This document shows, one piece after another, positions 45,099 through 59,888 of a stretch of 64,000 bases of DNA. A model generated the notes under the pieces. That model had not been told where the DNA came from. It was given only the letters and a program-made list of their open reading frames with translations, and did not search any database. Within the stretch, counting starts at the first letter, position 1, and every line of letters begins with the position of its first letter. Origin of the DNA: Chrysomallon squamiferum (taxonomy: Eukaryota > Animalia > Mollusca). The position numbers and the translations under genes were made by a program. The stretch is taken from positions 45,694,001 through 45,758,000 of the forward strand of contig CM022665.1 of assembly GCA_012295275.1 (NCBI GenBank), in the 5' to 3' direction.

Positions 45099-45170
45099 CA
45101 CACACATATATATGAGAGGTGTACGTGTGTGTATGCGTATATTAATTTAATGTCCAAAAATAATTAAACA
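44970..45170. repeat. Foldback/inverted repeat (about 60-bp arms) enclosing an (AT)n(GATA)n microsatellite
   Basis: Left arm ...GACATTAAATT...TACACCTCTCATATA is the reverse complement of right arm TATATGAGAGGTGTA...AATTTAATGTC. Confidence 0.75.
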
Positions 45171-46365
45171 GACTACCGTCTAAGATAAGCAAATTATAAA
45201 ACATTAAAATAATATAAAAACAATTATAATAAAACAAATTAAAAGTAAAAGTAAATAAATAAATAACTATAATACAAAACCGCTAACTGGTAAGTATGAG
45301 TTCTGAAAGAGTAAAGATTTAAATTTATTTCAGTACAATTTCCCCACTAATACAGGACCTAAGATAAAAACTGTTACATCATTCAAATAACTGTTGCTAT
45401 TGACAGTTAGACAGACAGACAGACAGACAGACAGCCTGACATTTAAAAACAAATAGAGAAGTACATAAAAAGCGTTTTCTTTTCTAATCATATTATATTA
45501 TCATTATTATTATTATTATTATTGTTGTTGTTGTTGTTGTTGTTGATGATGTTATTGTTGCTGCTGTTGTTGTTACTGCTGTTATAATTTCATTTTAAAT
45601 GTCACTGTATTAATTATCATTTATAAAATGTAATAATTGTTAACAGAGATTAAAACATTTTTCGATTTTTGTTTCCTTTTTTGTTTCCTTTTCTATTGTG
45701 TTTTTCTCTCCTTCTTTCTTTCATAGTATCTTCTATTTTCTTTTCTTCTTTAATTTTCTTCTTTCTCTCCATTTCATTCCTATTTTCTTTCGTGTATATT
45801 TACCTTCTTTTCTTCCTTCCTTTGTTTTTTTTCTTTACTTCTCTCTTTCTTTCTTCTTTTTATACTTTTTTAATTTCTTTCTCTTTACTCATACCTCTTC
45901 GCACCCGTAAATACAGATATTTTCCATTAATTGATAAAAAAAAAAAAAAAAAAAAATTAAAACCCCCCCAAAAAACCGTTATTCCAAGCCAAAACAAACT
46001 AAATTTGGCCTGTCAGATTCAACGAAACGAAAAAAAAAAAAAAAAAAAAAAAAAGAAGGAAAATAAGAAAAGAAAAAGAAAAACATCGCCAAAGACCTAA
46101 CGCTGATGGCTTCCTCTTCCAATTTTAAGTTAGCTATTTGGAGAATTCGCTCATAATTTGTTCCCGAGGCAAACACCGCGGTTTCGGTTTCAACGCGTTC
46201 GTGTCGCTTAATGGGAGCGTTGAAAACAAATTAAAAGAGATGTGTCGACAGACTGAAAGAGGGACAGAAAAAACAGTTTATAAAGTGGCAGTCCTCTTAA
46301 AAAAAAAAAAACAACCAGAAACTGTGTTCACGGAATAAGTGATCGATCTCGTAGATGGATGGATG

Positions 46366-46440
<75 letters not shown>

Positions 46441-46709
46441 GGATGGATGGATGGATGGATAGATAGATGGATAGATGGATAGACAGATAGATGTGTGTTG
46501 GTGTTATGAGTTGTCTGGGGTTAAAACAAAAAAAATGGTGACAGACAATGTCATAAGCTAAGATAATTTTTGTTTATATATGACTGCGGTTTTGTTGTTT
46601 TAACAGGGAATCAAAAAACAAAAGGGGGGAAAGAAAGAAACCGGAGAGCGATGTTATTATTTTAAATTCAAATTTGAACATATGTACAATAATAAAAATA
46701 ACGATGATG

Positions 46710-46794
<85 letters not shown>

Positions 46795-47680
46795 CAACAA
46801 CAACAATAATAAATAAATAAATAAATAAATATATAAATAATCCTAAACATTTTCATTAAGTTATTTACTTTTATTGCTATATTTTAATGATAACAAAGAT
46901 CTATCGCCAAAAGTCTACAATTAAAACTATTATTTTGTAATTCTTAAAATACATCATTTATGACGGCTACCACTTCATACTACCAAAGATACACTTTAAA
47001 GCATAAATTGTATTTACTTGAAGTCAAAGCTTATGAATGAATAGATGAATGTTTAACGGACACCACAGAATGAAAAACACATCGGCTACTGGGTATCAAC
47101 TTTATACATACAAATCACAAATTTACAAGTCAATTAAAACACGAGTTTATGAAAAGACAACAGAACATCCTTTAATGGTAAATATTTAACATTAGCTTTT
47201 CGTCTGTATATCGTACAAATAAAATTATTACTACGTAAAGACATGCATATAAATATCCTAATTGACAAACAATACAACACTGTTTTTTGGTGTGTTTTTT
47301 TTTTATAACAGACAAATACAAATACAATTTGTTTACGTTTGTTTTGAAACGTGTGTGTAACGTTCAGCTTATTAGTACATTAATTATAAGATATTTTCAT
47401 CGTTCTTTTTAATTTTACTACGGTATTAGTTTTCATTTTATACATCCTTTATCTGCTTTGTTTTATTATTCTTATTTGTTCTCTTATATATATCTGTCCG
47501 ACTGTTTGTCTGTCTGTATATCTATTTATTTATTTATTTATTTGACTGCTTACTTATTTATTTGTATATATGTTTTGTTTTATTTATTTGTTTACTCTTT
47601 ATTTATTTTATTTATTTTAACTTAACCGGTTAATTCAAATTCTTATCTTTGTATTTTTGACATTTATCAGTTTAAACATT

Positions 47681-47711
<31 letters not shown>

Positions 47712-48574
47712 GTTTATTTCAAGAGACTATTTTTCTTCCTTGTTTTTTTTTGTTTTTGTTTTTAACGTTATTATTTTCTTGATATGCCTGCTGTTTCTGC
47801 ACCCAGCGCAATTTATTTAATCATATTTTATTATCATAATTTTTTATATATATTATTCGTCTTTTATTACTTTATTCCAATAAATATTTGTTCCTCTAAA
47901 ATAAAAAAAATTTCAGACTTTTAAAAAAAAAAAATTCGTTTACAATAATCTTTACATTAAATCCGTTAAAATTTTAATTACTCTTTCGAAATTCATTCAC
48001 TCTTTATCATCTATTTCATTCTACCCATAATGTTCATTCCGTTACACTTTAGACCTTTTAAACGCTTTTTTCAGGACCTTTTTCGATACAATTCTTCGTT
48101 TTGTTTGTTCACCACGTGCTTATTCAATCTGCAACACGCTTCATATTTATCTGTGTACTTTTGCTCTTTTCGCTATCTGCCATGTTTTCGTTTTTTTTTA
48201 TTATTATTCCCTATTTTTTTTTTCTTTTTTTTTTTTTTTTTTCTTCTTTCTCTCTTCTTTCTCTCTCTTTGCCGTTGTCTATCAAGACGGGGAAATCTCT
48301 CTGGAAGCTGGGGCTAACCGTGCACAAAGCGTTGCCCTTGATGGCTATACAAAAAAAAAGGCTGATAGGATCTTTAACGCCGCATTTCCGTTGGGCCTTT
48401 ATCTGATGGTTTCGTTGATGGCCAATAAAACAGTGGAATTGCCTTCCTGCCTGAGAAGTGATGAATGAGGATGTTTGTGTATTGGCAACGACACCCGCTT
48501 CACGCCTCGCCTCTCTGATGAATCCATCACGCATCCACATCACTCACGACTCGACGTCCGCCCGTGCCCCCGCG

Positions 48575-49770
48575 CGCCTACGTCATTCGAAACGTTTGCT
48601 ATTATTAGTAACACCCCCCCCGTCTCGGTGTACGTTAGTTAACGCGGGTTTTTTTATTGCTAACTACCCGTGTACGAAATTCAAACATTATTAGTAGTAA
48701 CCACATTTGTTATACGTTATTTAGCACAGATTTTTACGTCATTTAAAATTAGTAACTCTAACTGTTATACATTGTTTAACGGGTTTTATTGCTTAGTACT
48801 CGTCTACGTCATTCAGACATTATTAGTAGTAACCACCTTGTTATACGTTATTTAGCACAGATTTTTTACGTCATTTGAAATGTTACTATTAGTAACTCTA
48901 TCTGTTATACATTGTTTAACAGGTTTTTTTATTGCTTAGTACCCGTCTACGTCATTCAAACATTATTAGTAATAACCACCTTGTTATATGTTATTTTAAC
49001 ACAGATTTTTTACGTCATTTAAAATGTTACTATTAATAATTATCTCAACGAACGTTATTTTAAAATATATATATTACTAAATGCGCTTGTATGTCATTCA
49101 AATTTTATTATTAGTAACTATTTCGTTATTAATGTTTTATTTTATATTTTATTTAAAACAATACTATTATTAATTAATATACTTGTATATCATTTAAACA
49201 TTATTTTATTGTACATTATTTAACTTAGTAACTACGTTATGTAACGTTATTGTTTCTGACTATATATGTACGTCATTTTAGCGTTTCTATTAGTAACAAG
49301 GTCTGTAAACGTTACGTAACGTTATTGTTTCAAGCAATGTATGTACGTCATTTTAACGTTACTATTAGCAAGAACGTCTTGTTTTTACGTTATTTAACAC
49401 TTCTACTAATATTATGTTAATAATTCTATTAATAACACAATTCTTCGAATATCTCTATAATTATATGTTGTATAACCTTTCTACCAATAGCGATACATCA
49501 CATGCGTTGCTAATGAAATAACTACTTTATAGATTACATATGTACGTTTCTACGTCATTCGAACGTTACGATCGGTAACATCCTAATTTTGCATTATTTA
49601 ACTCTACGCTTGTTTGTTTTATTAACATTTTCACCACAGTAATCTCTTCTATGTACATTATTACCCACATCTACATCATTAAAACGCTTAACTCAGAAAC
49701 AGCTCATCATAATTATTTATTATTTCTGACACTTCTGTAATGAATTATCTTCGTACGTCATTTAAACTGG
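48575..49770. repeat. Degenerate minisatellite, about 65-70 bp monomer / about 135 bp dimer, core TACGTCATT
   Basis: ACGTCATT recurs at about 48580, 48736, 48806, 48868, 48948, 49012, 49269, 49345, 49552, 49755. Near-identical dimers lie at about 48670-49030. Confidence 0.75.
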
Positions 49771-50342
49771 TGCTTTTAAAAAAGCCAACACACATTACAC
49801 AGATTTTCGGATCGTAAAACACAAGCGTACTCATTACGTGCCATAAACGTTTAATTTAGCCTCCACCCAAAATGTCGTTTGTCATCGTACGACTTGTCAC
49901 TGAGTGTCGTAAAAAATATTTTATTTTTAATTTTCCTTCCTTCACGTTATTCAGCTTCTGCTGTTGTAAACACTCGGCAATGCACGACACGTTTGTCTAA
50001 ACCACACAAGGCATTTACTTCATATAGTCACTTTTTCTTTTTATCTGCTAATATATATATATATTGTGTGTGTGTGTGTGTGTGTTTCTGTGTATGTATT
50101 TATATATGTGTGTATGTATGTATGTGTTTATTTATATGAGTGTGTGTGTTCGTGTGTATATATATATATGAATGTGTGTGTGTGTGTGTATAAATATATA
50201 TATATATATACGTGCGTATGTAAATGTGCATGTGCGTATGCATTTGTAACTATATATACATACAGACGACATATAGATATATATAAATACACGCACACGT
50301 GTTTATATTTGAGTGTACGTATATATATATATATATATATAT

Positions 50343-50398
<56 letters not shown>

Positions 50399-50956
50399 AG
50401 ATATAGATATAGATATATAGATAGATATAGATATACATATATATGTGTGTGTGTGTCTGTGTGTATATGTATGTATATGTATATATATATATATATATAC
50501 TTACATACACAGAAGAAACGCTCATATACTCACGTATATATTATATATATATATATGTATATGTTCGTGCGTAAATGTGCGTCTCAGTGATTCAGACAGA
50601 CGTGTATTTCAACACGCACAGTTTCGAACACGACATTTCAAGATCAGTCGCCAGCAGTAAAACACACATACACACTCTATCATTTCTTTCACCGTGTGAT
50701 TGATGTCGATCAACTGACGTATTGAGTGTCCTGTGGGAAAAAGTGCACACCAATAAACACGTTTGCTGTACACTGTCCAGTCAGTTCGAGTATCTGAAAC
50801 TCTCTCCTTTTGAAAGTCGTAACCATACATTCATAGTCAGTACAGTATTAAAGTGTATGGTATAACTATACAGAGATATGAATGAACATTTATATTCTCA
50901 TATATACATACATACATACATACATACATACATACATACATACATACATACATACA

Positions 50957-50990
<34 letters not shown>

Positions 50991-52489
50991 CATACATACA
51001 TACATACATACAAACACACACATATTCGGAGACAATCAGACAGGTACAAGCAAATAGTACAGCATTGTATCAATGCTAGAAGATACAAATATACAAAGAT
51101 ATGTATTCCTATATAATGCTTGTGTATATGTATACATCTGTATGTAAATTAGTTTTTTGGTTCTGTTTGTTTTTTGTTTTTGTTTTTTGTTGTTGTTTTT
51201 GTTGTTTTGTTGTTGTTGTTGGTGGTGGATTTTTTTTTTTGTGTATGTGTAAGTCTTTTTAGAAAATAAAGTTTATATGCATATATTTATTTAGGAATAA
51301 ATAATTTATATGTAAACATGTATCTGTGTATGTGTGTTTGTATGTATGTAACTAATTATCTTTGTGTTATTGTCTGAATGTATAGGCGTTCCTGCATGCA
51401 TGCCTGCTTGTTTGTGCACATGCGCGCGTGTAACAGATAATAACTGAAGGTAACTAAAAGGTATTTGGCACATCGTTAATCATAATGTTTCTGACTTTCA
51501 GAAAATACACCTACTAAAACACAAACACACACACAAAGAGACCACCAGCATGAACAAACAATGAAGACAGAACATTGCCTTCAACAACATCAGCATCGTC
51601 TCTAATGTGAGAACAGCCTCGCAGACCGCATCCTACGACGTCGACAAGATGAAACACCAGTCTGAGCGCGTTGTTAACGAACGACCGCGTTCCCGGTACA
51701 ACGTCGCTCATCTGCAACACCCGCGTCTGAGCGTTTGTCGTCACGACGTTACCGAAGACGTCGATGTAAAGAAGGTGTTTTCGACTCAAGTGATGACGTA
51801 CACGACATCACAGACGGACCACAGCGACGACGTGTTTTTGTCAAGTGCTTAGTTCGAGAGCTTTGTTAAATCGTATCGGTAACAAAAAAGATGTTTTTTT
51901 GTTGTTTTTTGTCAGACTTAATGACAAGTTGCACTTTGAAAACAATCCTGTACAAATACTGCAGATACCTATCTATGTACGTTGTTATCTGTTTTTTTTC
52001 TTTTGTTAACTACAACCTATATTGTATCTCTTTGTCTGTCTTCTTTTTGTTGATTTTGTAAAAATTCTCTCATCGACCTAACGTCTTTAGTTTTCAGTGT
52101 AAAAACACCAAAAAAAAACACACACATACACATCGGTGTTTGTTTCTTTCATATTTGTTTTGCTCATTTGTCTTTTATTATCTTCGGTCTGATATGCAAT
52201 GTTTGTATATCTATGTATTTAGCTATCCATTCATTGTCTATCTATCTATCTATCTATCTATCTGTCTATCCATACATCCATCTATTCATTCATCCGTCTA
52301 TCCATCCTTCTATGCGTATTTCTATATCTGTTTATCCATCTCTCTATCTATCTACATATCTATCTCTGCGTCCCCAATCGATATATTATATGTATCCATC
52401 TATCTATCTATCTATCTATCTCTGAATCTATCTATTCATCCATCCATTCATTCATTCGTCTGTGTGTATTAGTAAGTCTCTCACACATT

Positions 52490-52537
<48 letters not shown>

Positions 52538-52947
52538 TTTTTCCTTTCGTTCCAACCTTCACCTTTAGCTGAGTGTAAAATAATATTTAACCACGATTTT
52601 TTTTTTTTTTTTTTTTTTTTTTTATATTTTATTTTATCAGTTTGCTTGTAAACGCTTGACATGCTATCTTTCAATTATTGCTCCGCTGTCACACCACGAA
52701 ATTTGGCTAACAAAGTGATTCATTAATCTCGATTTTTAACACGAAACTATATACCACGCGTTATTGTGTTTCCTCGTTTTGCACGGACCCAGTTCGTTTT
52801 GACAGACAAACAAAATTAATGACATCAAATGGCTCAGAAATAAATCTTAGCCTCCGTTTTCTTTTTATTTTTATTTTTTTATTTTTTGTAATATAAGTAA
52901 TTTGTTATTCTAAAGTTTACAAGGGTTCAAATGAAACTGCAACATCC

Positions 52948-52980
<33 letters not shown>

Positions 52981-53158
52981 CTTCAAAATTTTAGGCGGCT
53001 GTTAATTTTTCGTGTTTTCTCTATTGAGGAAAATAAAAAAAAAATAAAAAAATAAATCTTATTTCTGAATTTTTTTTTCTTTTTTTTTTCTTTTTTTTCT
53101 TTTTTTTCTTGGTGGTTATTTTTTATATTATCATTATTATTTCTGAAATTTCTTTTTC

Positions 53159-53192
<34 letters not shown>

Positions 53193-53312
53193 CTTTTTTT
53201 CTTTTCTTTTTTAGATATCTGGATTTTCCGTTTATTTATTTATTTATTTATTTTGTATCTGGGTTTTTTTTTCTTTTGTTTATTTGTTTATTTATTTATT
53301 TAAAACAATTCA

Positions 53313-53357
<45 letters not shown>

Positions 53358-53451
53358 GTCATTATTGTTTGCTGTAGTTTTTATTGTTAAGGGTTTTTTT
53401 CATGTTCTTTCTTAAGATTTATTATTATTACTATTATTATTATTATTATTA

Positions 53452-53486
<35 letters not shown>

Positions 53487-54224
53487 ATCATTATCATCAT
53501 CATTATTATTATTAATATCATTATCATCATCATTATTACTATTATTATTATTATTATTGTTATTATTATTATTATTATTTATCTATTTGTGGTTTGACTT
53601 AACTATTTTCTTTTCTTTTTTATATTTGGTCTTGTTTTTTCGATTAATGATAGTGTTTGTTAGCTTACTTTCTTTTTTCTTGTTTTCATTTATTTTCTTT
53701 CTCCCTTTTTTTTTTTTTTTGTTTCACTTACTACTAAACATTTCATACGTCAAGAAATAAACAAAAATTAAATCATTCCTCTGTCTTAATAATCTCTTCT
53801 CTCAGAATAAACGAATTATAAATGTAAAAAACCAGACATTTACAGAACGTCGTAATAACATACTACTGTACCTCGTAAGATATTTCAAAAATCAAACAAC
53901 AGAGCATATACCTAAATTACCACAGCAATAACAACTGAACAGACGTAAAGTCGTAATAAAAATATTACCGAACGTAATTAACGTTTTAAGTTCAATTAAC
54001 AGCAGCCATAGCAAAGAGTTATCGATGTAATAATTTGTGAACGACATTTCCAGACGATAATAAAAATGATATCGCGGAAAGACAGACAGAGAAATGGACA
54101 GTTATGTCGACAAGAGTTTTGTTTTGTGTAAACGAGAGTTTGTGTTGAATTCAGATAAAGATCGATGTAAAAACAGAATTATCACACAGTCTAAAACGGA
54201 ATAAGAATTTAAATATATTTTTTT

Positions 54225-54640
54225 AATTATATTTTAATTACTTGTTTTACTAATGTATTTTAATTATTTGTTTTATTAATATATTTTAATTATTTATTTT
54301 ATTAATATATTTTAATTATTTATTTTATTAATATATTTTAATTATTTATTTTAAGTCTAAAAGAAATGAATATAAATATATTTATTTAATTTATTTTAAT
54401 AGATTTTTTACATTTCAATAAATTATTTTTGTTAATATATTCTAGTTATTTATTTTACTAACATATTTTAATTATTTATTTTACTAATATATATTAAATA
54501 CTTATTTTACTAATATTTAAAAAAAAAAAATTATTATATTTTAGCTATTTATTTCATTAATAATTATGTTTTAATTATTTATTTTAATAATAGATTTTAA
54601 TGCTCTAGCTTACTAATATATTTTAATTATTTTAATTAAC
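54225..54640. repeat. AT-only minisatellite of about 26 bp
   Basis: Tandem copies of TTTTATTAATATATTTTAATTATTTA, degenerating rightwards. Confidence 0.7.
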
Positions 54641-54793
54641 TAATGAATTTTAAATTTTTTTTTTTTAAATTTATTTTAATAAACGGTAACGTATTTCGTA
54701 ATTAAGTTTTATTGTTATTATTATTATTTTTAAATGTATTGTGTTTTTACTTGTCTTTTTTTATTTCTGCTGCTATAATACTACAACTACTAC

Positions 54794-54850
<57 letters not shown>

Positions 54851-55093
54851 ATATACATATATTTATATACCATCTGTTCGCATATTACCTTATACAACTG
54901 ACAATTGTTGTTTATTTCACAAACAAAGTTGTTGTTAATTTTATATTAAATAAAATTTAATACAGCAAATGTTATTAGGTATTTTCTTAGTTTTAAGATA
55001 GCTAGAAATATTCTGAACTATATATATATCAAAATATTTTAACATCTTCAATATTATACTTTTATTAATAATATTATTGTTGTTGCTGTTCTC

Positions 55094-55143
<50 letters not shown>

Positions 55144-55551
55144 TGTACATATGTTTAAATTTGAATTTTTAATGTTTATATCGCTTTCGGTTTCTTTCTT
55201 TCCCCCTTTTTTGACATCAAAAATGTAATTAAAATTTTTAACTTCTAAGAAAGATAAAAAAAATAAAAAAATTTATTAATGAAAATGTCTTTGCTGTAGC
55301 ACTACCTATGGAATATAACAAGAATCTTTTATTAAAGTTATTTAAACTTCAAAAGAACCAAAATAAATCATAATTCAAACAGTTTATTAAATAAATAAAA
55401 TCAGCCATCCAAATTAAAAGAAAAAATTATATTTAACATGTATAAAAAAAAAAAAAAATAATAATAATAGATTAATTGTATAGCAACAGCAACTGGAAAT
55501 CAAAATACACGCTGTGTTTATATCTAACACAGGCTAACACTTAAAATTGTG

Positions 55552-55588
<37 letters not shown>

Positions 55589-55765
55589 CTAAAGGCCTCT
55601 GACGGGAATCGATCTTGGAATCCTTACTGACCATCACAGACCAGGCAATTTTTTTTTTTTTTACAACTGCCCCGCCAGAAGATATATTTGTGTCGAAAAA
55701 AAAAAACCGCCTCGACTAGGAAGGTAAGAAATGATGGTAGATATAAATCAAACAATGGTTTTTCT

Positions 55766-55803
<38 letters not shown>

Positions 55804-56145
55804 CTCAAGGAGAGGAGGGGTGGGAACATACGAACCCTGACGTCAACTCTTCAAAGTTCGCGCCTGCTTTGACCGGGCAATTAGAGACATTAGGTTTAAG
55901 AATTCCGCAAGCAAAACGTTTCCAGTTCTCCTACCCCATTAGTCATTCGCTGCTTTCCAGTGTGTCTATTGGTACGGCTTCCTGGCGCCGAAAAATGCCT
56001 CGGCGTCTGCACCGTATTGATTTATCCACGTCAAGCACGTATGTCGCTGTTCAACGTTGATGGAGTCGTGGCCGTGCATGTCAAGGCGGAGTCAGAAAAT
56101 ATAAAAAAAAATCAATCACATGCATGTGCAATTAAAATTCACACA

Positions 56146-56465
56146 ATAACAGCAAAAAAGAGGGGGAAAAAAAGAAAAAGAGAGAAAGAAAATAGAAGAA
56201 AAAAATAAATACGAATTTCAAATATGGTTTGAGAAAAACTTATTATAGAAAAGGACGGGTTTAAAAAAAAAATTTTTTCTTTAAATGTGACGATTTTTTT
56301 TTTAAAACAGTAAAAGATGGGGGAACTATAACAGCAAAAAGGGGCTAAAATAGAAAAGAGAAAAAAAAATACGAATTTCAAATATGGTTGAGAAAAATAA
56401 TATTATAGAAAAGGACGGCTTTAAAATTCAATTTTTTCTTAAATGAGACAATTTTTTAAAATGGA
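56146..56465. repeat. Local direct duplication (about 160-180 bp, two copies)
   Basis: TAACAGCAAAAA...AAATACGAATTTCAAATATGGTT.GAGAAAAA...TATTATAGAAAAGGACGG occurs twice in tandem. Confidence 0.75.
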
Positions 56466-58052
56466 GAAAATGAACTTAATGAATAATAATTTATGTAAAA
56501 TAAAGAATTTAGATAACAAACTTCTGTACAATGTTGAGTGTAATTCAAAACTTCAAAAAATTTTAAAAGACACGAAATACGAAAAATTTAGAAGTATTCA
56601 GAAAAGTAAAAATAATAAATATAAAATATAAAATAAACTGGGTTGAAATACGAACACAATAAACTACAAGACAGAAGCAAATTAATAACAAAATTCCACG
56701 TTTGCTAAAAATTACAAAATACTCTTTTTCAGAATAGTAATTGGTTTATAAGTGATGAATTTGTACAATATTCTGCATTTATCAGAAAATTAAAAATTAA
56801 ATCAAAACGAAAAATAGCAACCCAAAATCCACAAACTTTCCTCAACTGTATAATATTTTCCTTTCCGCAAGAAGGTATATAAAAAAAAAATTAATTTACT
56901 GCTAACGGCCACGATTAATTATTTTCTTCTCACTTGCCTATTCATTAATGACGTATATTTTTGAATATTCAAAATCTAAATTTCAAAACTGTATCGAAAC
57001 ATTGTTAAAAGAGCCTTCATTTACATATTTTTATAATTTGTCATGAGTCTAACTTAACATCGATGAAATCGTATCGTACTGGGTTTTCTCATATCGTATC
57101 GCATATCGTTACCACGCCATTTACTGTTATCGCATCGAACTGTCAAATTTATTACGCAATATCGCGATTATCTAACGATATCACGATTATTATAAAGCCT
57201 ATGTATATGTTAAATGTGTATATATATTTATATATACACGTTAATATAAATATTATATAACTCAAGCATAAATATTACTTTAATTTCTTCGCTGTATTAC
57301 GTTGCTACAAATGACACGTCATTATTTAAAGGAAATCTAATTCTAAATTTTTGTGAGCAGATTTGCACTTTTTGAATTTTTTTTTTTTTTTTTTTTTTTT
57401 TTACACGTTATTTTACAACGAATCTCTGTGTTTCGACAGACACAGAAAATTAATGACATCAAATGGTTTAGAAATAAATCTTATATTTTTTTTTTTTTTT
57501 TTAATTTCACTTGACATGTTTGTAATTAACTTTTCAAATGATGACAGTTTATTTTTCAACGTTAAATACATGGAAGTAATGATAATAATAATAATAATAA
57601 TATTAATAATAATGGTGATTTTATATCATATATGTGTATATATGAAGTCACTGTTTATTTAGGTTATACTGTAATATTTATACATGTATTTAAATTATTA
57701 TGTAATTATGTTTATGTATATGTAAGTTTATATAGGACTATGTAATTATTCGTGTATATACATATCTACGTTTGTATAGAGGATGAACAGACGTATTTGT
57801 GTGTGTGTTTGCTTAAACTGAAAATACAGGCGGATGGATGGATGAATGTGTAACATATATACATAATGCGTATACATATGAGTATATATATATATATATG
57901 TATATATAACTATATTATTATTATTGTTATTATTATTATTATTATTATTGTCATTATTATTATTATCATTATTATGGCTATTATTATTATTACTGTTATT
58001 ATTATTGTTGTTATTATTATCATTATGATGGCTATTATTATTATTACTGTTA

Positions 58053-58102
<50 letters not shown>

Positions 58103-59234
58103 TAATGATAGTTCAACATGCTTTAATATAACTACTTAATATCTTTGTTTTATATAAAAGATGTGTTTGTGTGTATACGTATGTATGTGTATATGATTCG
58201 TATGTGTACGTATACGTGTGTGTGTGTGTGTGTGTGTAATTAATTCATTTGATCTTACTTACAAAATAAATAGTTTTTGTTATTGTTTTGTTTTATTATT
58301 TTTCTTCCTTTATTTATGTATTTTATTTTATTTAGTTTTATTTAGTTTTATTTTATTTTATTTTATGTTATTCTATTTTATGTTATTTTATTTTATTTCG
58401 TTTGGTTGGATGGTTACTGATAGGTTGGTTGAGTTTTGCAGAAATAAAAAAAAAGAAAGAAAGAAAGAAAGAAAACAATGACCATCTAAAAATAAAAAAA
58501 CAAAAACAACAACAACCAAAAAAATTCTATTCAATTAACTGAAAATAACAGCGAAATAAATAACAAACAGCTCCTCAAAAAACAAAGAAATAAAAAATAA
58601 ATAATTTTAAAATCTTCTTAGAGGAATATAAATAAACTGAAAATTCAAATTTCTAGTCAGTCAAAATTTATTATTTTCGTTTTACTCTCTGACATTTACT
58701 GTAATTTACTATTTTTATTCTCAGTACAAAAAGGAAAAAGGGGAGAGAGAAAAAAAAATATGAAAGAAAGAAAGAAAATCATTATTTTTTTTTTCTCTCA
58801 AAAATATATTTGTAACGCCATCTAAATTTTTTTTTTGCAAAATTTCACCCTAACACATAGTAACGTATTATTTATATTCTAATAACTTTTTTCTACCTTC
58901 TTTATTCTTTTTTATTTATTTTTTATTACTTTTTTTTTTTTAACCCTTAGATTTTTTCTTAATCTTTAATGTTTATGCTGATTTCATTCGCCAATAAATT
59001 TCAGCTTTGAAATCTAAATGTGAAATCTACAACTAATGCTAACCTCATAAAGATAAAAACCGATGACGTATGTACTCGAAAAGAGCGTCTTCGAGCGAAA
59101 AGCGGGACGCGTTCGTTTCGTTCACTCTGCAGTACTCCGAGACAGATCTACAACGTTTATAATCTTAATTTACATAACGCCTCTGTCGTTGCTTATCATT
59201 CACTTGTCGTCAAAGGTTTCTTTTTTCTTCTGCT

Positions 59235-59273
<39 letters not shown>

Positions 59274-59640
59274 CTCGATGAACTTAATTCTTCCGTACAT
59301 TTCACACTCTCTTCAGAAAGACTTGAGAATCAAGGGCTTCGTTGATAAAGTTGTGACGGAGAAAGAGAGAGAGAAAAAAAGAAACACTTCAAGTTTTAAC
59401 TGTTTATCCCATTAGCAACCAGTAAAACGACGAGAACTGTCTTCAAAAAGCAAACACATCATAAAACGTGAATCAAGCGTCTTGTGAGGAGAAACTACTT
59501 GAAAACGAATATCCACCGACGTCTTCATCGTAAACACTAACACGTGACGCCGAACGCGTTAGCGCGAGATTTTATCTCGCTGAACGTTACTAATTATTTA
59601 TTTATTTATTTACCGTAAGTCATCTGATTGGCGTGCGTTG

Positions 59641-59674
<34 letters not shown>

Positions 59675-59838
59675 ATTAGATGTTACTAACGTATAAACTG
59701 TAATTATTTATTTATTTACCGTATATTATCTGATTGGCGTGCGTTTGTTGTTGTTGTTGTTGTCAGCATCATAATAATCACCGTTAACGTTGATGTTCTT
59801 GTAGTTGTTGTTCCTATCATTATTACTATCATGCTGGG

Positions 59839-59888
<50 letters not shown>

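Noticed and set aside
47033-47100. TGAATGTTTAACG.ACACC...ACATCGGCTA.TGGGT.TCAA, reminiscent of a gastropod short interspersed repeat
   Set aside because: The resemblance is from memory only and the fragment is short; it cannot be verified without a search.
55590-55640. B-box-like AGATCGATTCCCG on the minus strand (tRNA/SINE head)
   Set aside because: No cloverleaf or clear A-box; at most a degraded SINE fragment.
59397-59528. 43-codon minus-strand ORF MKTSVDIRF...VLVVLLVANGINS
   Set aside because: Too short, with no splice or homology support; could be a uORF or chance.
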